DNA of 64,000 nucleotides from Octopus bimaculoides (Eukaryota), in contig NC_068998.1 of assembly GCF_001194135.2 (NCBI RefSeq), positions 32,295,192 through 32,359,191 of the forward strand. The letters are read 5' to 3'. The notes beneath the pieces were generated by a model that worked only from the letters and a program-made list of their open reading frames with translations, was not told the origin of the DNA and did not search any database. The position numbers and the translations under genes were made by a program. The first letter of the stretch is position 1; every line of letters begins with the position of its first letter. This document shows positions 51,536 to 64,000 of the stretch, piece by piece.

Positions 51536-51874
51536 TAATCACCAGCTAGTGATGAAAACTCACCCCACTCACAAAATTCTATATGCTTTTTCCAGTGATG
51601 AACTGATACTGATCTTGAAAAAGGGGAAACAAGCTATATTAAATCTTTGAGCAAGATGTAAACAGTAGCAACACGACATCCATATCTGTTAACGGTTATT
51701 TTCAATACTTTTCTTGCTGGATTGCATGCTTGTTTCTCTTTTTGTCATTTGCGATTTTATTTTTGATCTTCTATATAAATGAAGATATTTCCTCTGTCTG
51801 CCTGTTTTTCTCTCTACAAAACGGAAAGTTACATTGTGGAGCAGTCATTTTAATGAGTTGTATTTATTTATCAC

Positions 51875-51964
51875 CTGACGAGATACATCTGCATCACTGG
51901 ATGCTCCTGAACCAGTTGTTGAGTGTCCCACTCTCAAGTTGCTTCTGTCTTTGATCATCATCAA
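51875..51964 (-). CDS. Candidate internal exon (90 nt, phase 0-0) LMMIKDRSNLRVGHSTTGSGASSDADVSRQ
   Basis: Acceptor ttcattttatAG, donor cag|GTGATA, higher GC than flanks, phase-compatible with 48205-48281. Confidence 0.62.
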
Positions 51965-52422
51965 CTATAAAATGAATTCCATTGTCAGTGGTATGCAAAG
52001 AACAGATCTGGAATTTCATTAGATTGGTTGATTTAGTTTGTGAATCATTTGAGAAACTCCCAGAAATTAATATAATCTTGAAGTAGTCAAAAATAAAATT
52101 ATAAAAGAAAAGAAAATGAAAATGTTATCAGCTTTATCTTAATTTGGTCCGAATAACTTTTTGTTAGTTTTGGACACCTTATTGTTTGATTTTCCTTCCC
52201 GTAAATATTTTGGAATTCAGTTTGGTTTTGCTTTCCTTCTGTCTTAAAGACAATACTATTCATTCAAACTAGCTACACTTGGATTTCTTGAATGCTAATA
52301 CTACCCAAGACATCCACATGAGAATACTACCCTGGCGATTCACATGAGAATACCAATACCTGTTTCATCATTTCCCTTCTCTGATATATATATATATATA
52401 TANNNNNNNNNNNNNNNNNNNN

Positions 52423-52460
<38 letters not shown>

Positions 52461-52515
52461 TATATATATGTGTCTGTATGTATGCATGTATATAATTATA
52501 TATATACACACACAC

Positions 52516-53753
52516 TAGGGATGTTTCTTAAAGATTTCCCTTGACCCACTTCTGATTATTTCAGGAAATAGAACTTGTACAGATATAATCATACATGTCT
52601 CTATATGTCACATTGTAAATTGCAGCTTTCCACTAGTATTTGTCTGTCTTTTACGGCTGCTAAAGTAGACTAAGGTGTTATAATGGAGACAGTTAATGCA
52701 GATTAGTGATCAGGTTCTTATACTTGAAAGGGCATACACCAAAAGAGACTTTCGATGAGATGAAAGACGTTTATGGTGACAATGCACCATCATATGACAT
52801 AATCAAGTACTGGCATCACCAAATCAAATGTGGTCAGACATTGGCGGAAACTGCTCCTGTTCTTGGACGTCCATATTCCGCCATTGATGATGACACCATC
52901 CATAAAGTGGAAGCCGTTATTTTGGAGGATTGCTGCATAACTATTTGTCAACTAGCCCAAGAAGTGAACATAAGTGTAGGGTTCATGGAAAAAATCATTC
53001 ACAACCATTTGCACATGTGGAAGTTGTTTGTGTGATGGATTCCCTGGATGCTCACACCTTTTTTAGAAGCAGGAACAAGTCAATTGCTCCCAGTCTCATA
53101 TGGCAATGTGCCAAGAAAACGAGGAAGACATTTTGGGTAGATTTATCACACAGGATGAAACATGGGTCCATCGCTATGATCCTGAGACTAAAATCCAGTT
53201 GAAACAATGGAAGCATGATAACTCACCACCTCCAAAGATGGCTCATGTCCAACCCTCAGCAGGCAAGGTGATGCTCAGTCTTTTGGGACCAATGCAGAGT
53301 AGTGATGATGGATTTTCTGGCAAAGGGCACCACAATTAATGGGGCATATTATGCTTCTCTGCTGCAGAAACTGTGGGACACTATCAAAGCAGAGAGGCAT
53401 GGCATGCTGACCAAAGGAGTCTGTCTTCTCCAAGACAATGCCCCAGTTCTCAATGCGCATGTTGCCCAGATGAAAGCACACTCCTGCAGCTATGAAATCC
53501 TTCCTCATCCCCCTTACTGTCCTGACCTCACACCATCTGACTTCTACCTCTTCCCAGCCATGAAGGTAAAGTCATGGCTCCTGACACAACCTACTGACTT
53601 CTACAGATGAAGTCTTCACAGCTACATAAAGCGATGGGAGATGTGTGTCACCATTGGTGGTGGTTATGTAGAGAAGGACTAATAATTATGCTAAGTTTCA
53701 TTTATCCCACTACTTAGGGAGTGGGTCAGGGTAAATCTTTAATGAACACCCCA
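52516..53753 (+). mobile_element. Near full-length mariner with TIRs, frameshifted transposase
   Basis: Approx. 35-bp imperfect TIRs (tagggatgtttcttaaagatttcccttgacccac / reverse complement tggggtgttcattaaagatttaccctgacccac). ORFs give 'MIRFLYLKG', 'ITQDETWVHRYDPETK', 'LQDNAP', 'PHPPYCPDLTPSDFYLFP'. Confidence 0.95.
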
Positions 53754-56700
53754 AATTGCAAGGATATACAAGATCAGTGATTTTCTCTGATTTCCTATCC
53801 TTAAGCAAATGATTAAAATTATCCACAGGCCAGTTATTATGATTAGGTAGGTGATAACAATGATCTATGATGCCAGTGATTAGCTTGGTATTAAGAGGTT
53901 GAAACTGTTATTTCTCACAGAATATAATGTTGGTTGGCTGGAGGTAGTCTTTGTTGTAGAAGAATTTAACAGGGCCCTGAGACCTGAGCATTCATCAATT
54001 CAACAGTGTTGTTTTTATGTTAACTGCTGTTAGAGCTACTATCTAAAGTTATACAGGTCAAAGTGAAATTGGTAACCTGATATCTACCATTACAATGTGA
54101 TTGTAAATGTACTAGTAGATCCTGAACTTGTATGATACCCTAGTGACTCAGTTATACATACTCTTTACAGTTGAAAGTAATAGAGGGCTAATTTGTTGTC
54201 TCTTCACTGTTCTACATCCATTTTCTAATGCTTGTATGAGTGGGTTTGCAAATCTTTTTGGTTGTTGTCAGAGATTGGAAAATTTTCAAATTAAGTGAAA
54301 ATTTTCAAATTTGGTATATTGATGTAATTTTTCACACTGGATCTGAATTTGGGATTCATTTATTCTAGAAATAAAATTTAGGAAAATGTTGCTGAGGTTC
54401 AAAGTTTGATAATCAGGAAATCATAATTGGAAGCTGGCATTTTCTGTGTGATAGCTATTTCACAAAATGCTCCTGGTCAAAATTTATGGTGGTGGCTGCA
54501 GTGGTGAAAGTGTCACTGACATGCATGAACAGCGTTGTTGTTACAATGAAGATGGCTGACGACAACTTTGCTTGTTACTATGGAAACAGACACCAATATG
54601 AGATTTATGGGCATGTTGCATAATGGTGGCTTTTGATTGGCTAATATTACCCAAAATTTATGTACTTTAAAAGCTATTCACTTTTTGTTTATTAATTTAT
54701 GACAAAAATGAATTTCCTTTTCAATACAAAAATAAATCAGTAAACCAATATTTGTAAACAATTGAAACAAAATTGAAAAAAAAAAAATCAAATCTGTGAC
54801 AGCAACCAAAAAGATCCCAGATGGGTCTATGTTTTGTTGGAACAATTTCTGGAAGTAGATACTTTTCTAACTTCTGCTAACCATCTATCAAGTAGGTGTG
54901 AAACCTGATTTTAGCAGTCAGGAAAACTGATTAGAGTCAGGACAACTATGTTACTTTCTTGATTACAACTATAAAGTCACTAACCATTATACACTGGGGT
55001 TATAATGACTGTGAAGTGAAGATACTGGGCTTAAATATGTTTCAAACATCTGCATTCACCTGAGAACATCTATAAATTCACTAGGCAGTATGAGGCTCAA
55101 ACTGTAATGAATAGCAAATATATTTCAAGTTCATATATTAAAATTACCATTTTGTTTCTTGTTAACAAAATATTCTTTTCCTTCTAACTGTATAATTTAT
55201 CATTCTCCCATGAGGTTTGAGTTGCTCTGAACAACTATTAGAAATTAACTATTAAGTGCTTATACTTGGCCCTATAAGTTACACCATTTTCATTTTCCTG
55301 TTTTTCTCCTTATCACAGAAGCATCCATTCTCTATATTGTTCCATATTTTATATTCTGGATTTGCTTTTATTTATTATAGACTGGTCAGAGGAGAATGGC
55401 AATACTCATGACCATTCTTTAAGGCCTTTGTAAACTGATGAAATTGATGTTTAGTTTAAAAACCTGCAGGCTGACTTCTGCATGAAAGCATTGATGAGAA
55501 GTGATTTCCAGATGGATAAAGGCTCGATGAAAATTACTGTGATAAAAGTATTTAATACAGAATCTGATAGGGATACAGTAGAATGAAGAGTAAAAATAAT
55601 TATTTCTACTGGGCCTATATGACATATTGGTGTGTGAATCTCTTTGTTAATCATTAAATTGACTTTATTTTAAATACAGTCTAGATTGTTTGAATGTGTA
55701 TCAGCATTACCATCTCAGATACATGAATAGTACTACAAGCTGGGTTCACAATACATTAACAAGACCAACTAATTATAGTATAAAGGTGTAATAAAATTAA
55801 AAGCAAAATACCAAGTTTTACCTGAGAAGCCTCTTTTATTTTAAATGCCCCTAACAGTAAAATTCCTTAAATGCCATCTATGAAAAAGGAAGAAAAGCTT
55901 TAGTATTTTAAGCTACTGCAAACTGAAGGAAAGATATAAAAGATTACCCACTGGTCATATATTTGTTGAAAGAAATATAAATAGCACACTGTATACATGA
56001 AGAATTTTCAGAAAATCTAAGAGATTTTGCTTTGAGCTATAAATGCAGTATTGGTGCAGGATATGTAATAAGTGTTCTTCCACACCATAACTAATTGAAT
56101 ACAATGGAAGCATTCCCTATCAAAACAACAACTGACATTGCCAAAAGAAAAGAAAAAAATAAGTATGTTCTGAAAATAGGTACATTTTGAATCTAAAATA
56201 ACTAGAGAATAGTAAATTTGCTGTGTCCAGCATTTTTGAGACTCAAGATATATTAAAAGGAACTGTAAAGAATAAAATGACTTTTAACCCAATTTATTTT
56301 ATGCTGAATACAAAAACTCAGAGTAATTGATATAAAGATCTAACATCATAAACAGAATAAGATTTGATATGTTATGTTCTGCGCTCAATTCCTTTGCAAG
56401 CTGAGACATTAATTCTTCTGTAAAGGAAAAATTTCTTATAATGAAGGAATATGTAACTGTAATAAAGTGTGTTAAGTAACCAATTAAAACCTCACGATCT
56501 AGAATTATCCACTAGAACAGATGTAAAAAAGAAATATCAACTCATCAGTGTATCATTATTATTGTTGCTATTTTCCATGGGCAACTGTATATAACAGAGC
56601 TTCTAACGGAATTGGAATTTTATTTCAACTTCCTTCATATAAACAAAGTGGTTTTAGCTATGCTGTCAAGGGAAATCTATGGAACACTTCTGTGCTCGCT

Positions 56701-57549
56701 ATGTTTACTTTGCAATGGAAAAATAAGACTTGTCTTTGGATATTCTGATGTTTTTATATATTTTATGTTATATTTTATTGAGCTGATATCTTGCAAAGGG
56801 GCAGTCATGCACTACTATAAACAGATATTCCCCAAACTTCTAAAACACTATTGTAAACAGATATGCCCCTAAAACTTCAAAAAGCACACAAAACTTCAGA
56901 CATGTACACATGCACTATAGTGCAGTATACAAAAAAATAATAAATGAGCATTGATACAGGTGCAGTAGAAAATAATTCAAATCCAGTAGATTTTACTCTG
57001 ATCAGCAATGAAAGGAAACTGTTTGGTTTAAAAAAGAAAAATGTGAAATGTATATTGCAATGACTAGTGTCTCATTGCCTGCTGTATACACAGAGGTACT
57101 GGCAAAAGGGGACTTATACACTGAAAGTTGAGAATGCTTCTAATTACAAAAGAACAACTGAACAAAGTCTTGGTCAATGTTTGGAATGATGCTGTTTCTA
57201 TCATACAGGCATGAGTATATTGAAGCATGTGCCTGGTTTTCAAACTAAAGATGAGACAAGCCATACACTTGCTTACAAGACTGTGCTGCAATATAAGGTG
57301 TAGTGGAACATATGGTCACAAAGGACAATGAATCAGACATTGACTATTGGGTTATCATTTCATATGTCAAATAAAACTAGCAGGTTGTGAGCACTGAAGT
57401 CAAAAAAATATGCTATCTGATAGGGTTTACATAGACATACTGACCATGGTGACCACTGGAGACCACTTCAGAGTTGTACTTCATGATAGGTGCAGAAAGA
57501 AGGACCACTAAACTAAGAATGTGGAGCAAAATGCCCATCTATATAACAT

Positions 57550-60380
57550 GTGTTATAGTAAAAGTAACATGATGGCTTTCTGCCCTTGGAATATGAAAAG
57601 ACAAAGTAAAAGGAAAGTAGTAAAAAAACCAACAGAGGTGCACCAACAACAGTAATACAACTCAGAAGCCACTGTTTTTAGAGTACCACCAGTCAGCTCT
57701 AAAGGACTGCAAAATCAATTACCTTGGGCTCACTGTCTGGACTTGAAAACCAGGATGCAGAGTATGCATCCTAGCTGAACCATCTCAACATATGCAATGG
57801 TGAGGAGCAGATGGATATTAGAGAAGGGTGACATGCGGACAAGAAATGAATAAAATATAGAAACCAGCCCAAACTGAAGGCATCTGACATATATGGAAAG
57901 AAACCCCACTCTTCCTCAAAAGTTCCAGATGTATCTGCTGAATAGTTTGGAGGTGGGGTTATGTGGCTGTCTGTTTAAATGAAGATCAGAAATTTTCCTC
58001 TGAATGCAAAACTCAGAAATGGAAGATTGTTGAAGTCACGAAGTACTCTAATTCAACCTAAGTGGGGGATTTTCATCTACCTGTCTGTGAGTTGATTGTA
58101 TTTGAGTTTTAATTGTATTTATTTACTTTTAATTCTACATATATATTTATCTATTTTTTGGATTCATTTTGTATGAAATATTTAGCATGTATTTATATGT
58201 TGTATAATGCTCTTGCCCCATCTTTTGTTTTTATATGACTTTACTTGTAAATTTTCACATATTCTGTAAGCCATAGTTTTATTGCGGAGCTACCAACAAC
58301 CCTTGGAATCTTGTTGGTTCCTATATTTCTCATGACATTGGGCCTAAAGTTGTTTACAAGCATATTTTTTAAAATCCAAAGCATAAAACAAAGAGGCAAT
58401 TTCCCCCAGTCAGCAAGTAAGAAGGTGATGAAGGGGCATTATCTTCAAAAGCTTCCACTTCCAGGAAAATGTCTTCCCTTCCTTGAAGGGGTGAGAGGCA
58501 ACAGTAGTTGCAGCAGCAACAATAAAAACATCGATAGCTACGAGAATAATAGCTTCCATTACAAATACTGCACATAACCCTACCCCCAATATTATCCCTA
58601 CCAATGTCACATCCAGTACCACTCTCACTGTAGCAGCTAACATCTGTAATACCAGCACTTTAATACAACCTCTATTACAATGAAGATTAACAAACTGATA
58701 ATAGCAGCTGAGGTACGGTTTGAGGTAAGTGGTTTTATGTGGAGTAAATTCTTATAAGCTTCATGCATATATGTCAGATTTGTTTGGCAGCAAAACAGGA
58801 GAATTTGGTCTTTGTGCAATGAGGAATGGTATTAATGCAGTGAAAGGACAACAACAAGTGAGATGTTAATGATAATTTTCTATTGAATGCAGAATTTAGG
58901 ATCTTGGTAAAGGTACCAGCAAAAAAGTTGGTTTTTGTCTTCAGGAGCATAGAAAAGAAAACACAAGCTCATGCTATCCAAAGCACCTGAATAAATATAG
59001 TCACAAAACCTCCACCTCATGTGATACATCAAAGAAAGGTGGGTAACAAACATAGTTTTGCTGGTGCTCTGATCAATTTGAAACAAATCAAAACATTTGA
59101 TAAAGTTGACAATTGTTCCAAAGTAGCTGTCCTCAAGGCAGTTAGTTTTGGTGTCTTTTCAGCGGTTGGAATGCTAATTTAATGAAACGTGATATCTGTT
59201 CCATAGTCAGTTAAAATGGTCACCTATTGAAATCATCTCAGTCTGTCAAGAGTATATTCTTTCATCCCTCCTTCATATACTAACTTTCAGGCCATTACTG
59301 TGAAAATATGAAATCTTGAGGGACATCCCATTGCAAACTAGGACACATGAGGCCTGTGCCAGCATATGTGGACCACATTAGTGTAATGGTGTTTGACACT
59401 ACAGAAGTTGATGTGGTTGATACCATTCTAAAACATTACAAAGCTTTGAAAGGAGAAAAGATCAACTAAGAGCAAATCAATGGAGTTGCCATTGACACCT
59501 GGAGAGACAAGTCCATGCCTCCAGACTTGCGATCTGCTTCATACCAAATTTCAAGTGAGTAGGAACTGGGATGAAGGTACAAGTAGATTAACCAATCTCG
59601 CTCAGAAATGGACAGAATAAATGATATCTTTCAAATGATCAGGAATTGCTGAGTTAAGCAACACATCATGTAAAATATCAACATTTCATGAACGAGATAT
59701 TGGTAGAGCAATTCTATCATATTGAAAATCTCTGTAACTCCAACAAACACAATGTACTTGAATGACTGTACAAAGTGATATTTGTACTGAATAAATATAA
59801 ACAGTAGTCATTGGTTTAGTATTCATCTCAAAATCTCAGAGAAAGTTCCTGTCATTGTTGGACAGTCTAAAATCTGCTCTCAGTACCTGATCTTAATTTC
59901 TTTGTTGATCATCATTTCTTTAACTCATGTTATATAAACTCTGAGACAATAATATCACTAACATGATGAAACAAATTCAAAGTCTATTCAAGTAATGAAT
60001 TGTCAGTTTTGCAAAGCACTTCTGGCAATTTGTGCAGCTGAAATGTCTTCTGTATCATATCAGCACTTAGACACTGGCATCAGCTGCTTCAATGAGTGTA
60101 AGAGTCCCTGATGCTAATAAATTCCTTGTTATATGACTCAGGTCTTTTGATGACCAACACTGTAGCTATCTTGTTTATATTATTTTCAAAAATTCAACAT
60201 CTAACAGGCATAAGTGCCATCAGAATAATAAATAATATTCCAATCTGTTGGCTCTCTCAATGTTGGAAATTTATTGAAGATGCTTATTAGCTTCAAATCA
60301 ACTGAAATGAGTAACAAAATATTGGGGTATTTTACAGTATTGCTCATTCTATAAATATCAAATGATATGTCTGGATAAGT
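57550..60380 (+). mobile_element. Decayed L1/Tx1-clade LINE (RT best supported at 58800-60300)
   Basis: 'QNLHLM', 'ALINLKQIKTFDKVD' (LDQSKAFDRVD), 'VPAYVDHISVMV' (YADD), 'KHYKALKGEKIN', 'DTWRDKSMP'. The 5' boundary is uncertain. Confidence 0.78.
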
Positions 60381-60848
60381 TTATGTAGATACCCACATCA
60401 CCTGACATGCAAGTCTTTTAATTCAGATTTCTCATCTTCCCTTAAATCATCACTTTCCCTTAGTGACTTTACTTTCTTTATCTCTCTTGGAGATATGGAT
60501 GGTTGTCAGTAATTCCACTCTTTGATTGACTGACATTTCATTCCAAATATTTGAATGATTTCCTTCTTTAAACACCTTTGCGGTATTGTAATTACATCCT
60601 TTTCTCCTTTTCAAATAATTCATTTCCACAAAATATAAAATCATTCATATGCATAACAAGAATATTCATTTATTTTCTACTTGCATTGTGCCTGAGAAAT
60701 AAAGCATTGTCATAAACCCTGACTAACCCTTCCAGTTTGATCAATACTTGAGGGACGTTCTTGAATGATGACCATGGGGCACCTTTCAGTACATAGAAAC
60801 ATCTCTTCAACTTCCATACTTGTGACTTTAAGCGGCAGCAGAAGTAGC

Positions 60849-61070
60849 TTAACCCTTTAGCATTCAGATTACTCTGTCAAATGTAATGCTTACTTATTCA
60901 TGTTGCTTTGTATCAATTATGCATTATCTTGTAGCTCTAAGGTCTTGATGAAATGATCATTTATTTTTTGAATGATATTGTAGGGGAGGTGTAAGAGACC
61001 AAATCTGGACAGTTTAAACATAAAACATGTAGAATATTTGGTCTGATATGGCCGGTTTGAATGCTGGTAG
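60849..61070. mobile_element. TTAA-CCCT-ended MITE (piggyBac-like), right end decayed
   Basis: ttaaccctttagcattcaga at left; tttgaatgctgg partial inverted end at right. Confidence 0.6.
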
Positions 61071-61126
61071 ACTTCAGTGAATTGCTTTATAAAAATGCTA
61101 AGTTGAAATCAAAAGTCTGTACTCAC

Positions 61127-61248
61127 CTATTCATAACTGATGCAGCTAACATTATTAACCAAATGGCTTCATGCCTAGATGTTGGAAAGTCTGTTTTAAG
61201 ATTATTTGAATCTTTCTTATTATCACATGCAACAAGATTGACTTTCAT
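61127..61248 (-). CDS. Candidate coding exon MKVNLVACDNKKDSNNLKTDFPTSRHEAIWLIMLAASVMN (phase 2 end)
   Basis: Consensus donor tag|GTGAGT; ATG follows an in-frame TGA at 61261-61263. Confidence 0.3.
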
Positions 61249-61299
61249 TATGTTTTGCAATCATCGGCCATCTTGATAATATAGTTTTCTAACCTAAGA

Positions 61300-61790
61300 C
61301 AATGAGCTAGTAGAATCATTAGCATGCTGGGTAAAATGCTTAGTTGTCTTTCATCCAACTTTATGTTCTGGGTTCAAATTCTATCAAGATTGACTTTGCC
61401 CCTCATCCTTATAGGGGTCAATAAAATAAGTATCAGTCAAACACTGGGGGTTGATGTAATCAACCAGCCCCTCTCCCCAGATTCCTGGCCTTGTGCTAAA
61501 ATTTGAAATCAGTATAGTTTTCATCTTTCTAAGGTAGATAAAGTAAAATACCAATCAGGTACTGGGTCAGTATAAACAATTATGTTCCTTATTAAAATTC
61601 TGTGTCTATGTTAGAAATCATTAGCAGCATTTTGCGTATCTTTGTGATTTGAGTTCAAATTCCACCAGGGCCAACTTCACCTTTCATCATTTTGGGGTCA
61701 ATGAAATAAGTACCAGTTGATCACTGGAGTTGATGAAATCAACTATCCTCCTCTCCTCAAATTTCAGGCCTTGTGCCTATAGTAGAAAGG
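61300..61790 (+). mobile_element. Two tandem SINE copies (second family)
   Basis: 61300-61510 and 61615-61790 both match the 14180 family. Confidence 0.85.
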
Positions 61791-61793
61791 ATT

Positions 61794-61794
61794 A

Positions 61795-61856
<62 letters not shown>

Positions 61857-61878
61857 GTTGTTGTTGTTGTTGTTGTTG
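61794..61878. repeat. (TTA)n/(TTG)n microsatellite at the 3' end of a Dong-like element
   Basis: Directly visible. Confidence 0.95.
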
Positions 61879-61879
61879 T

Positions 61880-62645
61880 CATTTTTACTTTTAATCTGCA
61901 TCTTTGTTACAGTCACTTGCTGAGACACACCCAACATCCTGGGGCAAGTGAAGGTTAAGGGATGTTACAATATGACTGAAAGCTTGGAAAGGGGAGGTAG
62001 TGAAATATCTTTATGTAATACAATGCAGTCATTTAAATTAATAGGGTTTTTCTAAGGATGTGGGCAGTACTTGTCAGCACATTCTTTTGAATTTCTCTGA
62101 GACATGGTTCTCCTGGGATCTTATCTAGATGTATCTAGATGTTTCTGACATCCCTTTTTTATCATACCTAGGGCACCTACAATAACAAGAACAGTTCTCC
62201 TTTTAAGATGCCACATCTTTTGTATTTCTATTTCCAAGTCCTTATATTTACTTAGTTTGTCAAATTCCTTCACAGATATATTTTTATCAGTGGGAACACT
62301 TACATCTATTAGTCTACAAGAATTGTCTTCCCTATCTTTAATTATCATGTCTGGTCGATTAGCCTGGATCATTCTGTCAGTGTTGACTGGAGAATCCCAG
62401 AGGATAGTGTCATTTTTACCTTCAACGACTGGCTCAGGATGATGTTCATACCAGTAAGTAGGGCAGCTGATTTTGTAGTGTTTATATATTTTCCAATATA
62501 AATACTATCCTACCCTATCATGGCGATTTTTATATTAGTTTGGTGTCAGCACAGGACATCCTGAGATGAGATGGTCTATTGTTTCATCAAATGTGTCACA
62601 GAATCTGCATTTAGGATCAGAACCATTTTGAAGAACATTTGCATG
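61880..62645 (-). mobile_element. R4/Dong-clade LINE 3' part (CCHC zinc finger and RLE domain), well preserved
   Basis: 'CRFCDTFDETIDHLISGC', 'RHDRVG', 'WYEHHPEPVVEG', 'ANRPDMIIKD...LIDVSVP.D..ISVKEFDKLSKYKDLEIEIQKMW', 'QKNVLTSTAHILRK'. Confidence 0.93.
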
Positions 62646-62659
62646 GTAGTTTTTTTGTG

Positions 62660-63340
62660 AGCAAGCTTTATTATTATTATTATGTTGTTTTTTTTTCTTC
62701 TTTCTTCAAATTTTCTTCCATTTCTCGCCGAGTGTTTTCCGTACACCTAGGGCAGAGAAACTCGTTGTATGCATTCCCAGTTCACACAAATTCACAGGTA
62801 AAACATGTATTTAAGAAAAAAAAAGTTCATGAATGGATGTTGTTTTCACAGCGATAATGCTCTTCTCAGTACATGAGTCGTTCCAGTTAGCATGATTTTT
62901 TGCACTACCTGTAGGGATGGTAAGCCTGGTATCATTTTCAAATAGGTTTCAGTACCTTTTTTTATCATTCCTAGAGATCCTACAATCACTGGTATGGTAG
63001 TCGCCTTGAGTATGTATATATTGGCAGGTGCTTACTTCCTTCATTTTTTTTTTATTGTGCATTTAATTGTGTTGTTACAATAATGGGCATGTTTACATAT
63101 TCTGTTAGTCAGGGAAGAAGGGAAGACAAAATATTCACACAAAATTGAAGATATTAAAGTTTCTAAATTTTTTTTTGAGGTGTTCGTTTGTATGTCCAAA
63201 GCTGTAGATATGTAAGTTCCTTAATTTATTTTGAGGGAAATTCAAAATACTCACAGAAAACTGTAGATGTTCCAGTCTTTTAGAGTTGTTTTTCAGTTGT
63301 CCTGCTGGGTTGTATTAGTGTTTCTGTCTTCAGCTGCTGA
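62660..63340 (-). mobile_element. Another R4/Dong-like 3' end between (TTA)n tracts
   Basis: 'TTIPVIVGSLGMIKKGTETYLKMIPGLPSLQVVQKIMLTGTTHVLRRAL' at about 62850-63005; the 5' part is unclear. Confidence 0.8.
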
Positions 63341-63344
63341 CATT

Positions 63345-63349
63345 TATCA

Positions 63350-63387
<38 letters not shown>

Positions 63388-63650
63388 TTTACTATTATTT
63401 TTAGTATTATTTTTACTATTAATATTATTATATAAAGTGGTGGACTGGCAGAATTGTTATAGTACCAAAAAGGAAAAAAAATGTTTTACACTATTTCTCC
63501 CAGTTCATTATGCTCTGAGTTCAAATCCTGCCAATGTCAACTTTACCTTTCATCCCTCTGAAGACAATAAAATAAAGTACCAATCAAGTACTGAGGTGGA
63601 TGTAATTGACTACAATTGCTGGCCTTTTGCTTAAACTAGAAACAATTATT
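63345..63650 (+). mobile_element. (TTA)n tract followed by a SINE copy
   Basis: 'ggtggactggcagaattgttatag...gagttcaaatcctgccaatgtcaactttacctttcatcc'. Confidence 0.8.
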
Positions 63651-64000
63651 ATTAGATGGCCTTAGCACAATCACATAACCAAAAATTTTTAATTTGCTCT
63701 TCTTACATTGTTAGTAATAATATCTGGTAATTACTCAAAAGGGTTTCTTTCAATCATAGCACAACTTGGTGCAAAAAACCAGAGCTTTATTGTTAATGCC
63801 GGAATATGCAGAAATCATTGTGAGACGTGTCAACTCTCAAATGACCAATTGTTATTGTGTGCTAAGTCTTTTTTGGCTATTTTAAACTTTGATGATGAGT
63901 GCAGGAAATGATGCAGGATAATATAAAGCAAGGCAATTAAGAAAATCTATTTATTCTATTGCCAGCAGCATAAACAAGTGAAAGTGAAGAGGTGGGAAGA

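Larger units (their letters stand above)
51156..51680 (-). mobile_element. Tandem repeat (about 1.6 units, 329-nt period) carrying two hammerhead motifs; retrozyme/pLTR-like
   Basis: Segment 51160-51325 is repeated at 51490-51675 with about 90% identity plus an approx. 28-nt indel. Confidence 0.8.

Overview
AT-rich, repeat-dense animal genomic DNA with three small N gaps. The SINE, RTE, Dong/R4, Penelope and mariner repertoire and the microsatellite load look like an octopod cephalopod (inference from recognised repeat families). No long intact ORF is present; the ORF track is mostly microsatellite translations and decayed transposon fragments. The window is probably intronic sequence of one unidentified multi-exon gene on the minus strand, supported by several short exon candidates with canonical splice sites and partly compatible phases. 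The most notable signal is a set of minimal type I hammerhead-ribozyme motifs. Two lie in a tandem repeat with 329-nt spacing at 51.2-51.5 kb (retrozyme/Penelope-pLTR-like), and three more decayed, sequence-unrelated candidates lie at 3.5, 6.6 and 19.3 kb. All calls were made by eye, so element boundaries are approximate unless TIRs or splice sites are given.
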